A stretch of DNA of 64,000 nt from an uncultured Candidatus Peribacteria bacterium. GTDB lineage: Bacteria; Patescibacteriota; Gracilibacteria; Peribacterales; Peribacteraceae. Shown in pieces: positions 8,181 to 17,763 of the stretch; position 1 is the first letter of the stretch; each line of letters starts with the position of its first letter. The notes under the pieces were generated by a model. That model had not been told where the DNA came from, did no database searches, and saw only the letters and a program-made list of their open reading frames with translations. The position numbers and the translations under genes were made by a program. The stretch spans positions 99,784 through 163,783 of the forward strand of contig CAYWJU010000001.1 in assembly GCA_964458645.1 (NCBI GenBank). Direction: 5' to 3'.

Positions 8181-8927
8181 ATGAACGAGTGCGCACCGCC
8201 GCCGAAGCAACGTCGTCCGTTTTTTTGGAAGTTCTCTCTTGATCACAAAGAGACCTTTCGCGCGCATTGGGAAGAAGGCAAAACGCTCGGCAGTAAGAAA
8301 GACATCGAAGCGTGGCGCAACGTGGGCGAGCACTGCCTGGTTGCCGGTGCGTTCGCAGCACTGCTCGCAACTCGTATGGGACTGCCGCCGGATCGCATTA
8401 AAGCCGTTACGAACGCCATGATTTTGCACGATTGGTACAAGAAGCATGAAACACTGGCACGAAAAAGAGCTGGTACCACACAGGCAGTCCGCGACGTAAT
8501 CGATGCGGTCAAAAAAGAGGACCAGCAAAAATTGGCGGCCAGGGGGTATCCGGCAGACGTGATTGCACTGACTGGTGCAAACCTTCCGGCCTCTGCCGAA
8601 GGGCCGCAAACGGACGAAGAGAAAGTCATCTGGTATGTAGATGCCATGCTGACGGACACGACGCCCGTGCCGATCAAACAGCGCTTCGACGACCTGGAAC
8701 AGCACCCGACCAGAGGTGCTGCAAACAAAGCCTTCAGCGAAAGTTACCGGCCGGTCTATGGCCGATCGCTGTACGAAGTGCAACGTGCGCTCGGTGACAC
8801 CGTGGGTACGCACCTGGCACAGCGCATCGGGTACACCGGCGATGTGAACGATCTTCCGCTGCATCTGCGGGAATTGCTCATGGAACTAATCACGAGTGGT
8901 GACTGGAATGCGATCATTGCGGCATAA
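8181..8927 (+). CDS. HD-domain phosphohydrolase family protein
   Basis: 248 aa. H..(GEHCLV) and ILHDW form the H...HD signature. Confidence 0.7.
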   Translation: MNECAPPPKQRRPFFWKFSLDHKETFRAHWEEGKTLGSKKDIEAWRNVGEHCLVAGAFAALLATRMGLPPDRIKAVTNAMILHDWYKKHETLARKRAGTTQAVRDVIDAVKKEDQQKLAARGYPADVIALTGANLPASAEGPQTDEEKVIWYVDAMLTDTTPVPIKQRFDDLEQHPTRGAANKAFSESYRPVYGRSLYEVQRALGDTVGTHLAQRIGYTGDVNDLPLHLRELLMELITSGDWNAIIAA

Positions 8928-9049
8928 CACTGGTTCCAGAGGATCGAAGAACCAGGAATAGAGCTTTTGGAAGCCATTTTCTGCCAATGCCTTCGAGATG
9001 CCGATGGCAGACCCTTTTATGAGGAAATCCAAGATGGTTATCTTCATCC

Positions 9050-9712
9050 ATGCTCGATTTCCTCCTGGATCTGCTCTTTCCGCGCCGCTCGCTCACCGGC
9101 GCCGAAGGCACGTGGGTCACACCCGAAGAATTAGAAAGTTTTCAGCTGTTCCCGCTCATGCTTCCACGCGACATTTTGCGGCAACGCGGCATCGGAGATT
9201 TGGACCGCGTGGTGGCGGCAGGAAAGTACGACGCGTCTCCCCTCTTCCAGAAAGCAATTCGCACGTTTAAGTACGGCCGCGTCGATGAACTTGGTGCATT
9301 GCTGGCCGGACTCATCGTTCGCAGTCTTCCTGGGTTGCTACCGGATCTGCGTGCTGATGGTATCGATGCGCCGATCGTGTGCCCTGTCCCCCTGCACTGG
9401 ACACGACGATTTTCGCGCGGATTCAATCAATCTGCATTGTTGGCGCATGTCATTGGCCGCAAACAACACTGGCAAGTACTGCCGCTCCTACGCCGCACAC
9501 GGCCGACGGGTCACCAGGCATGGCGTACGCGCGACGAACGTTTGCATGCGCTGCAGAATGCGTTTTGCTACGCCGGAGAAAGCCCGGCTCCTAAGCGCGT
9601 CATCTTGGTCGATGACCTGTTTACCACCGGCTCCACGCTGCAAGCGTGCGCCGCGGTACTGAAAGCGGCGGGGGTGGAGCGGGTGGAGGCGATTGTGATT
9701 GCGTATAGCTAA
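9050..9712 (+). CDS. comF: ComF family protein (phosphoribosyltransferase-like)
   Basis: 220 aa. C-terminal PRTase motif RVILVDDLFTTGSTL, plus the typical ComF stretch PVPLHWTRRFSRGFNQS. Confidence 0.85.
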   Translation: MLDFLLDLLFPRRSLTGAEGTWVTPEELESFQLFPLMLPRDILRQRGIGDLDRVVAAGKYDASPLFQKAIRTFKYGRVDELGALLAGLIVRSLPGLLPDLRADGIDAPIVCPVPLHWTRRFSRGFNQSALLAHVIGRKQHWQVLPLLRRTRPTGHQAWRTRDERLHALQNAFCYAGESPAPKRVILVDDLFTTGSTLQACAAVLKAAGVERVEAIVIAYS

Positions 9713-9720
9713 AATCTTGA

Positions 9721-10125
9721 ATGGAACCACGGCACTTCATTACGCACCAATCCCTCGACAGCATTCATTTTGCACGAAGATTGCGCCGACGGATGACGCG
9801 ATCGGAGCGTGTACTATGGCATGCAATTCGCGATCGTAGATGCGCCAGAATCAAATTTCGAAGACAGGTCCCACTCGGACAATTTGTTGCTGACTTTTGT
9901 TGTATGGAACTTCGACTCATTGTTGAGGTAGATGGAGACATCCACGAACAACTTCAGCAATACGATCAGCACCGAGAGCAGCGCCTGCAGAGTGCTGGAT
10001 TTACCATAATTCGATTCAGGAATGAGGAAATATCTAAAAACTTGCAGGATGTTTTAAGGCGCATCGCACAACGGTCCTCACCCCTAACCCCTCTCCATCG
10101 CGATGGAGAGGGGGATGAAAATTGA
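9721..10125 (+). CDS. DUF559 (Vsr/restriction-endonuclease-like) domain protein
   Basis: LRRRMTRSERVLWHAIRDRR..KFRRQVPLGQFVADFCC..LIVEVDGDIH..R...L...GFTIIRF. The last 15 codons are encoded by the REP-like module. Confidence 0.8.
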   Translation: MEPRHFITHQSLDSIHFARRLRRRMTRSERVLWHAIRDRRCARIKFRRQVPLGQFVADFCCMELRLIVEVDGDIHEQLQQYDQHREQRLQSAGFTIIRFRNEEISKNLQDVLRRIAQRSSPLTPLHRDGEGDEN

Positions 10126-10184
10126 CGAACAATGCACGTTGTACCCCCCTTCTCCACCGTAGTAGAGAAGGGCTGGGGATGAGG
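10072..10184. repeat. REP-like module A: two GC-rich palindromes about 35 nt apart
   Basis: The two palindromes are CCCCTCTCCA-TCGCGA-TGGAGAGGGG and CCCTTCTCCACCGTAGTAGAGAAGGG. The module is near-identical to the reverse complement of 15008-15118. Confidence 0.85.
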
Positions 10185-10282
10185 AACGTACACAAAAAAA
10201 CAATTACATACTTTTGACAATATTCACGCATGGAAAAAATCCGACTTTTCGGCTATACTTAATAGATTTCCCGCAAACACAT

Positions 10283-10759
10283 ATGCAAACAGAACTTCGT
10301 TCGGCCTTGCTTGAATGGCAAGCCCCCTCGCGCATCAACCATGAGCGCAGCCACGGATGGTATGTGGGTGCCAGCATCGTAACGATGGGGCTCATTGTGT
10401 ACGGAATCCTGACTGGAGCGTGGTCATTCGCCGTCACGATCGCGATTTTGGCTGGTTTGTTCTACCTGGTCCGCAATGAAAAACACCCCCTGCATTCCAT
10501 TCGCATTTCCGAACTGGGAATTGAGTTCGACGGCATCATGCATCCTTGGGTGGAGTGGAAGGATTTCTGGATGCTCGCCAGCCCAGACCACTGTGAATTG
10601 CACATTGAAAGCAAGAAGTCTCACAGGGCCGACTTGATCATTCACACCGGCTCCGTGAATCCGCTGACCGTGCGCGATACGATGGCGCGCTACCTGCCTC
10701 AGAACCCGGAAAAACGTGAAAAACTACTTGACGCCATTATCCGTTTCTGTAAACTTTAG
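10283..10759 (+). CDS. small membrane protein (2 TM helices plus a soluble C-terminal domain)
   Basis: Internal ATG of track ORF 10214..10759 (MQTELRSALLEWQAPSR...). Its stop TAG abuts the ATG of the 1261-aa gene (TAGATG). Confidence 0.6.
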   Translation: MQTELRSALLEWQAPSRINHERSHGWYVGASIVTMGLIVYGILTGAWSFAVTIAILAGLFYLVRNEKHPLHSIRISELGIEFDGIMHPWVEWKDFWMLASPDHCELHIESKKSHRADLIIHTGSVNPLTVRDTMARYLPQNPEKREKLLDAIIRFCKL

Positions 10760-13700
10760 ATGCTGAGGCACTTCGCCAACGCCCGTCTTGCAACCAAGCA
10801 CTCTCCCCTCGCGGAGCAGCGACTGGTCTATTTGCGTAAAGAGACTACGGTAGCTGGAGAAAATTCCTCCGATGCAGATGCCAAGAAGGGGCTGATTGAG
10901 CTCAGCAAAACGCCCGAACAAGTTGCCCGCAAAATCGGTCGTGAAACGCGCAGCCACCTGGGATTTTTGAACGATGCCGCCGGCATCAACATCAATACGC
11001 TTACTGAAGCCGAGGCTGAAGCTCTAACGGTAAAGCACGTAGACGTGATGCAATCGCAGGAACCCGATGTACTGCGAGAAGACATCCGCACCGCGGTGAC
11101 TCGCGTGCTCACCGCAAGCGACGCCAAAGAGGGCAGTGTATTGGAAATGTCGCGTGAAACGCGCGCCATGCTGGACGACCTGGAGCAGGTCGATTGGAAA
11201 CAGGATGCGGCCATTGCCGCGTTCTACGACCGCCGCGCCGCACTCATTCGCAAGATTTTGAACCTGCCGGAGACCGGAGTGGCAAATAAAACCGATCTCG
11301 CTCTGAGGCTTCGTTACCTGCCGGAAGTGGATGAAGTGCTTGCTGACCGCAAGAAGCAGGCTGAAGAGACGCTGAGCAAACAACGTGATGCGCAACTCGA
11401 CAACGCTCAGGTCCGCCTGATGGTCGATGAACTGGCGACGCTGAATTGGCAAAGCGCCATCGAGACCTCCGCCGCTCTCTCCAAATACGAAGCCACGCTC
11501 GCCAAGCTGCTCGCTCCGCAAACGTTGCAGACGCGCTTCGACGGCCAGCCGTATGCCCAGCTGAAATGGGCATTGGAGCAACTGCCTGAACTTCAGACCC
11601 GTATAGACACAGCAACCCGGGAGAAGCAGCTCACTGAGTACGCACATATTTCCGCGGAGCACGTGGACGTATCTGAATTGACCCAGGCATTGGCCCAGGT
11701 CGCCAAAGGCGACGTTGCCGGCTTCGAGGCTGTCTACGACGAACATGAGGCTACGCTACGTGGCATCTTCGCACGTAACCAGACGCCGGTGCCCCCAAGC
11801 TTCGACAAAACCGACGTCATTACCTGGGCAATTCAGGCGGTGCCGGGCATGGCCGCCGCAATTGAAGCGGAGCGCGCCAAGCATTCCGAAACGCGTGAAT
11901 TCGACGAGCCGGGCTGCCAGTACCTCAACCGCGCCGAATACCTTGAGCAGTACAACGCGATGATCGACCGCGACACGACCCGCAGCCCCGAGGAGGCTGC
12001 CGCCATGAAAGAGAATCCCCCGTCGGCGTTCCAGTTTCGCAACACGGTGTACTTCAACATCGATGACCAGGAAGCCGCCGACCCCGTACGTGGACCGCGC
12101 AGCGTTGCCCACGAACTGACGCACTTCGCAGTGCGCAAGGAGCGCAAAGCCAACGCAAGATTCTTCGAGCAGATGCAAGCCGAGCTGGAGACCGCCGGCA
12201 ACTGGGAGGAGTTGAAAGGCCTGGTGCTAAACGTCTTCGGGCACCGCAGCGCCGACATGAAAGACAGTGAAATTCTGGAAGAAGCACTGGCCATTTACAT
12301 GGGTGGAGAGAAAATGCCCTACGTCCGCGAAAGCCAAGATGACAACGAAGCCAACAGTTGGCGCATTCACCAAATTTTGGCTGCCGCAGGCGCTTCCGGC
12401 GGCTTGGCGCTAGCATTGCGCAGCATCGCCACGGAAGTAGACGTGCACTACGACGGCGTGCGCGAACGCCTGGAAACCAGCACCGAACGCAGCCGCTACG
12501 CCGACAAAACGGCCGCCGAATACGAAGCCGATGCGGTGCGCACCAACGCTGAAGAGAAGAAAACAGTAAAACAAAAAATCGGCGACACCATGGATGAAAA
12601 GGAGGGAAAACTTCAGAGCCTTGGCGACATAAAGGGGAAAATTACCGAATCGCAGGGAAGTTGCGAATCAATCCGTGCCACGCTTCCGAGTGTTCGTGCA
12701 GCGACCAAGCGGCTCGACACGGCGCAGCGCAAGCAAGATGAACAGGATATAGGCACCATCGAGTCTTTTTTGGGCGAATGCGAAAGCGATCTGGCAAAGG
12801 CAGCAAAATACACAGACGCCCTCGAGCGCTGGGATTTGCCGGAAAAACAAGGCGGGCTGACAGAAAAAGAAAAGGAATTCTTTCGCAAAGAAATGAATTT
12901 CGGGCCCGACGACACCACAAACAAAATTGAGGCCCAAAAAGCCCTCGCCAAGTATGTGGCCGGCATCGAGACGGCAATCAAGGAGGTCAATACGTTCATG
13001 ACCAAAGAGCGCCCAAAGGAAGCACGGGGCAATGAAAACAAAAGTCCTTGGAAAATGCTCAAAGAAAAACTGTTCACCAGCGGCAACGGTGTGGAGTGGG
13101 TTTCTTGGAGTGACGCAGTAAAGATTATCGGCATCTTCAAGGATGCCATTTTACAAAAGTGGGAGCAGGGCAAGGAGCGCAAAGCTCACCGAATTGCCGA
13201 TAACTTGGCTCAAGGAGCCTGGATCGCCAAACCGATTGAATACACACTGAAAAAACAGGCACGCGCCGCCAACGAAAAGCAAACCAGCGAATTCGCAGAC
13301 TACTTGAAGACCGCCGGTTTGAACTACGACCGCCTGATTGGTAAACAGAACGGCTTGTTCTGGAGACTGGGCAACATTAACGAAAAGCGCGCCGTGTTGG
13401 AATTCGCCGCCGAGAAAGGCTGGCTCTATGACTTAAGCCCTGTCTACGGCAACGACGTCTATGGCGTGAATTTCATTAAGGAATTCGGCCCAGAGGCGTA
13501 CAGCGACTTGGTGCAGCACTATGAGGAAGGCAAGAAGAAGGAGGAGAAACGCGGCTACGCCAAAGTGGATAAGCGTCCGGATATCCCGCCCATGATCGAA
13601 GACTTGAAGCACGAACTCGCAGAGCGCAACCTGTTCGCCATTAAGGGCATTTTCGAACGCATTCAGCAAAAGGCCAAGTACGCGTATAGCCACGTCTGGG

Positions 13701-14545
13701 CGCTTACAACGTTCGTCAATGAATTGCGCAAAGATCCACAATTGTTGGAAATTTTGGATAAAGGTTTGCTGGATGACTTGGGGAACATCGGCATTGGTCA
13801 GTCGGCCTGGTCGTTGACGATGTTCAAGATTCTGCGTGATCCGCTCATGGAATGGAAAGACGGTGCCAACTGGGATAACAACGTTATGACCAGGACCATA
13901 AAGAAAATTGAAGGTCGCCTTGCAAGGCTGCCCGGTGGCATTAAGGAAAAAACGAAAGAGGAAGCCGTGGCAAAGATTATGGCCGGTCAGACGTATCGCG
14001 ATGGCGACGTGACAATTTCCATTTTTCAAAGCGACTTCGATGACTATCGAAAATGGTGGATGAAGTATGCCAATACCACCGCCAGCGCGGCTAAAACAGA
14101 CGATGACTTTTTCTCTCCAGACGGCTCGGACATCCTGCTAGCCGGCAGCCGTATTTTGGAAGAAATCGGAACCCGCGACTCTACCGGTCGTCCGACTCAC
14201 CAGGCCAAATCCGCCAACTTTTTCGCAATGGTCATCAATCGTTACGATGATCTGAAAAAAGCTGATCCGATTGCCAAAGAACGCTACCGCTCGGAAATGC
14301 AGATCAAACTCAAAAACTGGTTCCGCACTCGCATTTGTTCCAACGCAGCTTCCACGCTGCAGTTTCCCGAAGAAAACGATATCGAAAACCGCAATATTCT
14401 CAGAGAATTATTGCGTCGGAAGATCCTTCTGAAAGAAGACATTATCGCTGGCTTAGGCGGCAATATGAAAAAGACCGAAAATGGTGTCACCAGCCTTACG
14501 CCTTTCGGCCAAAAGGTGGAGGAAGCAGTCAACGATCCGGTCTAA
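10760..14545 (+). CDS. giant orphan protein (1261 aa) with a single HExxH motif
   Basis: Uninterrupted ORF with genome-typical codon usage. HELTH lies at aa 451-455 (nt 12110-12124). Rich in charged, coiled-coil-like stretches. No signal peptide or TM helix seen. Confidence 0.8.
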   Translation: MLRHFANARLATKHSPLAEQRLVYLRKETTVAGENSSDADAKKGLIELSKTPEQVARKIGRETRSHLGFLNDAAGININTLTEAEAEALTVKHVDVMQSQEPDVLREDIRTAVTRVLTASDAKEGSVLEMSRETRAMLDDLEQVDWKQDAAIAAFYDRRAALIRKILNLPETGVANKTDLALRLRYLPEVDEVLADRKKQAEETLSKQRDAQLDNAQVRLMVDELATLNWQSAIETSAALSKYEATLAKLLAPQTLQTRFDGQPYAQLKWALEQLPELQTRIDTATREKQLTEYAHISAEHVDVSELTQALAQVAKGDVAGFEAVYDEHEATLRGIFARNQTPVPPSFDKTDVITWAIQAVPGMAAAIEAERAKHSETREFDEPGCQYLNRAEYLEQYNAMIDRDTTRSPEEAAAMKENPPSAFQFRNTVYFNIDDQEAADPVRGPRSVAHELTHFAVRKERKANARFFEQMQAELETAGNWEELKGLVLNVFGHRSADMKDSEILEEALAIYMGGEKMPYVRESQDDNEANSWRIHQILAAAGASGGLALALRSIATEVDVHYDGVRERLETSTERSRYADKTAAEYEADAVRTNAEEKKTVKQKIGDTMDEKEGKLQSLGDIKGKITESQGSCESIRATLPSVRAATKRLDTAQRKQDEQDIGTIESFLGECESDLAKAAKYTDALERWDLPEKQGGLTEKEKEFFRKEMNFGPDDTTNKIEAQKALAKYVAGIETAIKEVNTFMTKERPKEARGNENKSPWKMLKEKLFTSGNGVEWVSWSDAVKIIGIFKDAILQKWEQGKERKAHRIADNLAQGAWIAKPIEYTLKKQARAANEKQTSEFADYLKTAGLNYDRLIGKQNGLFWRLGNINEKRAVLEFAAEKGWLYDLSPVYGNDVYGVNFIKEFGPEAYSDLVQHYEEGKKKEEKRGYAKVDKRPDIPPMIEDLKHELAERNLFAIKGIFERIQQKAKYAYSHVWALTTFVNELRKDPQLLEILDKGLLDDLGNIGIGQSAWSLTMFKILRDPLMEWKDGANWDNNVMTRTIKKIEGRLARLPGGIKEKTKEEAVAKIMAGQTYRDGDVTISIFQSDFDDYRKWWMKYANTTASAAKTDDDFFSPDGSDILLAGSRILEEIGTRDSTGRPTHQAKSANFFAMVINRYDDLKKADPIAKERYRSEMQIKLKNWFRTRICSNAASTLQFPEENDIENRNILRELLRRKILLKEDIIAGLGGNMKKTENGVTSLTPFGQKVEEAVNDPV

Positions 14546-14548
14546 GAT

Positions 14549-14977
14549 TCACCCCGTACTCCCAAACCCCCCACGGCTTTCCGCACCGTGTCCGTCGGTC
14601 TCCTTCCATTCGGCACGATCGATTTTCACGAACAGCCCCTGCGCGATGCGCTCCCCTCTCTCCACGGTCACTGGGGCGTCCGTCACGTTCTGCACCTGCA
14701 CGAAGATCTCGTCCTTGGGGCCGTGGTAGTCCTGGTCGATCAGGCCCAGCGAATGCGGGCAGATCAGGCCTTTTTTGCGCGGCAGCGATGAGCGAGGCAA
14801 AATGAGCAGTGCGTAGCCCTCCGGCACCTTCACGATGATGTTCCCGGGCACCAGGCCCATGGCTCGCGGCTGGATAACGGTCGTTTCGCGCGTCACGAAG
14901 TCGAACGCGGCGGCGCCTGCCGAATGGTATTCGGGCAACGGGAGGGTGACGTCGACGCGTTGGATGGAGACTTGCAT
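14549..14977 (-). CDS. dut: dUTP diphosphatase
   Basis: Start set at MQVSIQRVDV; motifs AGAAAFD, PRSS, GLIDQDYHG and RGGFGSTG. The upstream part of the track ORF is REP module sequence. Confidence 0.9.
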   Translation of the reverse strand: MQVSIQRVDVTLPLPEYHSAGAAAFDFVTRETTVIQPRAMGLVPGNIIVKVPEGYALLILPRSSLPRKKGLICPHSLGLIDQDYHGPKDEIFVQVQNVTDAPVTVERGERIAQGLFVKIDRAEWKETDGHGAESRGGFGSTG

Positions 14978-15007
14978 GCGGTAAGTGTACACGATCTTTT
15001 TTACGCT

Positions 15008-15118
15008 CCTCATCCCCCGCCCTTCTCCACTGCGGTGGAGAAGGGAGTACAATGCGTAGTTTTTTAACACCGTCTTCCCCTCTCCATCGCAATGGAGAGG
15101 GGTTAGGGGTGAGGACCG
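15008..15118. repeat. REP-like module B (inverted copy of module A)
   Basis: The two palindromes are CCCTTCTCCAC-TGCG-GTGGAGAAGGG and CCCCTCTCCA-TCGCAA-TGGAGAGGGG. The outer roughly 40-nt units match module A with 1-3 mismatches; the centre has diverged. Confidence 0.85.
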
Positions 15119-15190
15119 TCATGCCAAGAAAAAACCGACCTTCCGGTCGGTTTTCTCCACATTTCCCGTGTGGCATATGTTGGAGGCGGC

Positions 15191-16465
15191 CTACTTGTTG
15201 CCGCCGATCTTCTTGCGCATGAAGGTAGGAACCTCCAGCTCCTCTTCGTTGAGCTGCGTGCCCGACAACTTGATGACAGCGTCATCGTTGCCGCCGCGGG
15301 CCGGGTTCTCGCTCTTGTTGGTGTCTTGTTGCTTCTTGTACGACGGCAGCTGGCGGAGCAGCGGGGTGGCTGCGGCGCTCATCTGGTCCACTTTGCGCTC
15401 GTCGAATCCGGTAGCGATGACCGTGCACTTCACCTGTCCGGTGTAGGCATCGTCGATCACGGCACCGAAGATGATGTTGGCTTCCGGATCAGCAGCCTCG
15501 GTGACGATGCGCGCTGCTTCGTCGACCTCGAACATGCTCATGTCGTTACCACCAGTAATGTTGAAGAGAATACCCTTGGCGCCGCTGATGGAGAGCTCCA
15601 GAAGCGGGCTGTCGATAGCTGCGCGTGCGGCCTCGGCTGCACGGCTGTCGCCGGTGCCGTAACCGATACCCATAAGGGCGGAACCGGCATCCTGCATGAC
15701 GGAGCGCACGTCGGCGAAGTCGACGTTCACCAATCCATGGACCGTGATCAGGCTGGCGATACCCTCGATACCGTGGCGGAGGATTTCATCCACGATCTGG
15801 AAGGCCTCGGTCAGCGGAGTGGTCTTGTCGATGAGCGAGAGAATTTTGTCGTTCGGAATCGTGATGAGGGTATCGACCTTGCCACGCAAAGCCTCCAGAG
15901 CCTCGTCCGCCTGCTTGCGGCGGCGCAGACCCTCGAAGCTGAACGGCTTGGTCACAACACCCACCGTGAGCACGCCCATGGAACGAGCAAGCTCGGCGAT
16001 GTACGGAGCAGCACCAGATCCGGTGCCACCGCCAAGACCGGCGGTGATGAACACCAGGTCGGCTCCCTCCAGAGCCTTCTTGATTTCCTCCGAGCTCTCC
16101 TTGGCAGACTGCAAACCGATGTCCGGGTTGGCACCTGCGCCAAGGCCGCGGGTCGTTCCGCGTCCAATGTTCACCTTGGTGGTGGCCGGGCTGTGGAACA
16201 ACGCCTGAGCGTCGGTGTTGACGGCAATGAACTCCACACCGCCGACCTTGCTGGAGATCATGCGGGAGACAGCATTGGAGCCGCCGCCGCCGACGCCGAC
16301 CACGCGAATGACCGCGTTGGGAGCAATGTCCGGACGGACTTCCTGGTAACCGCTTCCCGTGGATGCGGAGCCGTCACCGGACTTGGCCGGGGGCGGAGTG
16401 AAGCTGTTGCCGCCGGAGGAAGAGGGCTTCGAACCGGAGAACAGTGAGCGCAACGTGTCTGACAT
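15191..16465 (-). CDS. ftsZ: cell division protein FtsZ
   Basis: GVGGGGSNAV, the tubulin signature GLGGGTGSGAAP, and the C-terminal FtsA-binding peptide LEVPTFMRKK. The S/G/P-rich N-terminal extension is about 40 aa long. Confidence 0.97.
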   Translation of the reverse strand: MSDTLRSLFSGSKPSSSGGNSFTPPPAKSGDGSASTGSGYQEVRPDIAPNAVIRVVGVGGGGSNAVSRMISSKVGGVEFIAVNTDAQALFHSPATTKVNIGRGTTRGLGAGANPDIGLQSAKESSEEIKKALEGADLVFITAGLGGGTGSGAAPYIAELARSMGVLTVGVVTKPFSFEGLRRRKQADEALEALRGKVDTLITIPNDKILSLIDKTTPLTEAFQIVDEILRHGIEGIASLITVHGLVNVDFADVRSVMQDAGSALMGIGYGTGDSRAAEAARAAIDSPLLELSISGAKGILFNITGGNDMSMFEVDEAARIVTEAADPEANIIFGAVIDDAYTGQVKCTVIATGFDERKVDQMSAAATPLLRQLPSYKKQQDTNKSENPARGGNDDAVIKLSGTQLNEEELEVPTFMRKKIGGNK

Positions 16466-16518
16466 GGGGACGGGGGGAAGAGGGACGAGGTGAGTAAAAG
16501 GAGGAGGGTGGGTTTGAT

Positions 16519-17763
16519 TTACGGAAGAAGATTCTTGAGCCAGGAACCGACCTGACCGAACGTGCGCTTCATGTCGATGCTGCCCATCGAGAAGCCGAAG
16601 CCACCCTTGCGGCTGCCTTCGCGCACACCCCAGAGCAAGGTGCCGAGCGCGGTGGCATACGCCGGGTCGTCGACTTTTTCGATGACGCCGCCAACTTCAA
16701 CCGGGAAGCCCATCTGCACCGGCAGGCCGAGTACTTCACGGGCGATATCCAATACGCCGGGAGCCTTGACTGCAGCACCGGTAAGCAAAGCTCCAGCTGG
16801 CAGCAATCCGTCGCGGCCGACGCGCTTCAGCTCTTCTTTTACAAGAGAGAAGATCTCGTAGTAACGGGCCTGCATGATCTCGGCCATGTATTTCTTGGAG
16901 ACAGTCTGGGTGTCCATTTTGGAAACGGTGCTCAGGTCGATCATCTCGCGCTCCTGGATTTCGGCCGGGAGCACGGAGCCGAACTCGATCTTGATCTTCT
17001 CGGCGGTGTCGATGCTGGTGCGCAGTCCGATGGCGATGTCGTTGGTGACGTTCTCGCCACCGACCGGCAAACAGACGGAGTGCAGAATGGTCCCCTCTTC
17101 GAACACGGCCACGCTGGTGGAACCGGCGCCGATGTCGATGGTGACAACTCCCAATTCCTTCTGGCGCTTGGTGAGCACGGCCTCCGAGATGGCGATGGTT
17201 GCCGGGACCAAAGCGTCGATGTCCACACCAGCCTGGTCGATGCACTTCTCCAAGTTCTTCACGTGCTGGATCTGACCGGTAATGATGTGGGCCTCCACCT
17301 CCAGGCGGATGCCGGTCATGCCGACCGGGTTCTTAATGCCGCGCTGTTCGTCCACAGCGTACGACTTAGGCTCAATGTGCAAAATGCGGCGGTTGCTCGG
17401 AATGCTCACAGCCTGAGCTGCCTCCAGCACGCGGGCAATGTCATCCACCGTGATCTCGGAGCCCGAGATGGCAATGACGCCGCGGCTATCGAAGGCTTCG
17501 ATGTGCGCGCCGCTCATGCCGATGAACACGTGGTTGATGGGCACTCCGGCCATGCGTTCGGCATCCTCCAGGGCTGAAATGATGTTGTGGATGGTCTCTT
17601 CGATGTCGATGACGTGCCCCTTGCGCATACCGAGTGACGGCGAAATACCGACGCCGATCACGCTGGGAACTTGTCCACCCTCAGCACCGTCAACAACGGC
17701 CACGACCGTGCGGATTTTTGCACTGCCGACATCGAGACTGGAAACAACGCTTTCTTTGGCCAT
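16519..17763 (-). CDS. ftsA: cell division protein FtsA
   Basis: Actin-like ATPase motifs SLDVGSAKI and TIDIGAGSTSVAVF. It lies directly upstream of ftsZ. The start is set at MAKESVV. Confidence 0.95.
   Translation of the reverse strand: MAKESVVSSLDVGSAKIRTVVAVVDGAEGGQVPSVIGVGISPSLGMRKGHVIDIEETIHNIISALEDAERMAGVPINHVFIGMSGAHIEAFDSRGVIAISGSEITVDDIARVLEAAQAVSIPSNRRILHIEPKSYAVDEQRGIKNPVGMTGIRLEVEAHIITGQIQHVKNLEKCIDQAGVDIDALVPATIAISEAVLTKRQKELGVVTIDIGAGSTSVAVFEEGTILHSVCLPVGGENVTNDIAIGLRTSIDTAEKIKIEFGSVLPAEIQEREMIDLSTVSKMDTQTVSKKYMAEIMQARYYEIFSLVKEELKRVGRDGLLPAGALLTGAAVKAPGVLDIAREVLGLPVQMGFPVEVGGVIEKVDDPAYATALGTLLWGVREGSRKGGFGFSMGSIDMKRTFGQVGSWLKNLLP

Noticed and set aside
15170-16447. A 425-aa plus-strand ORF.
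   Set aside because: It is antisense to ftsZ, which has unambiguous tubulin-family motifs. High GC keeps the antisense frame open.
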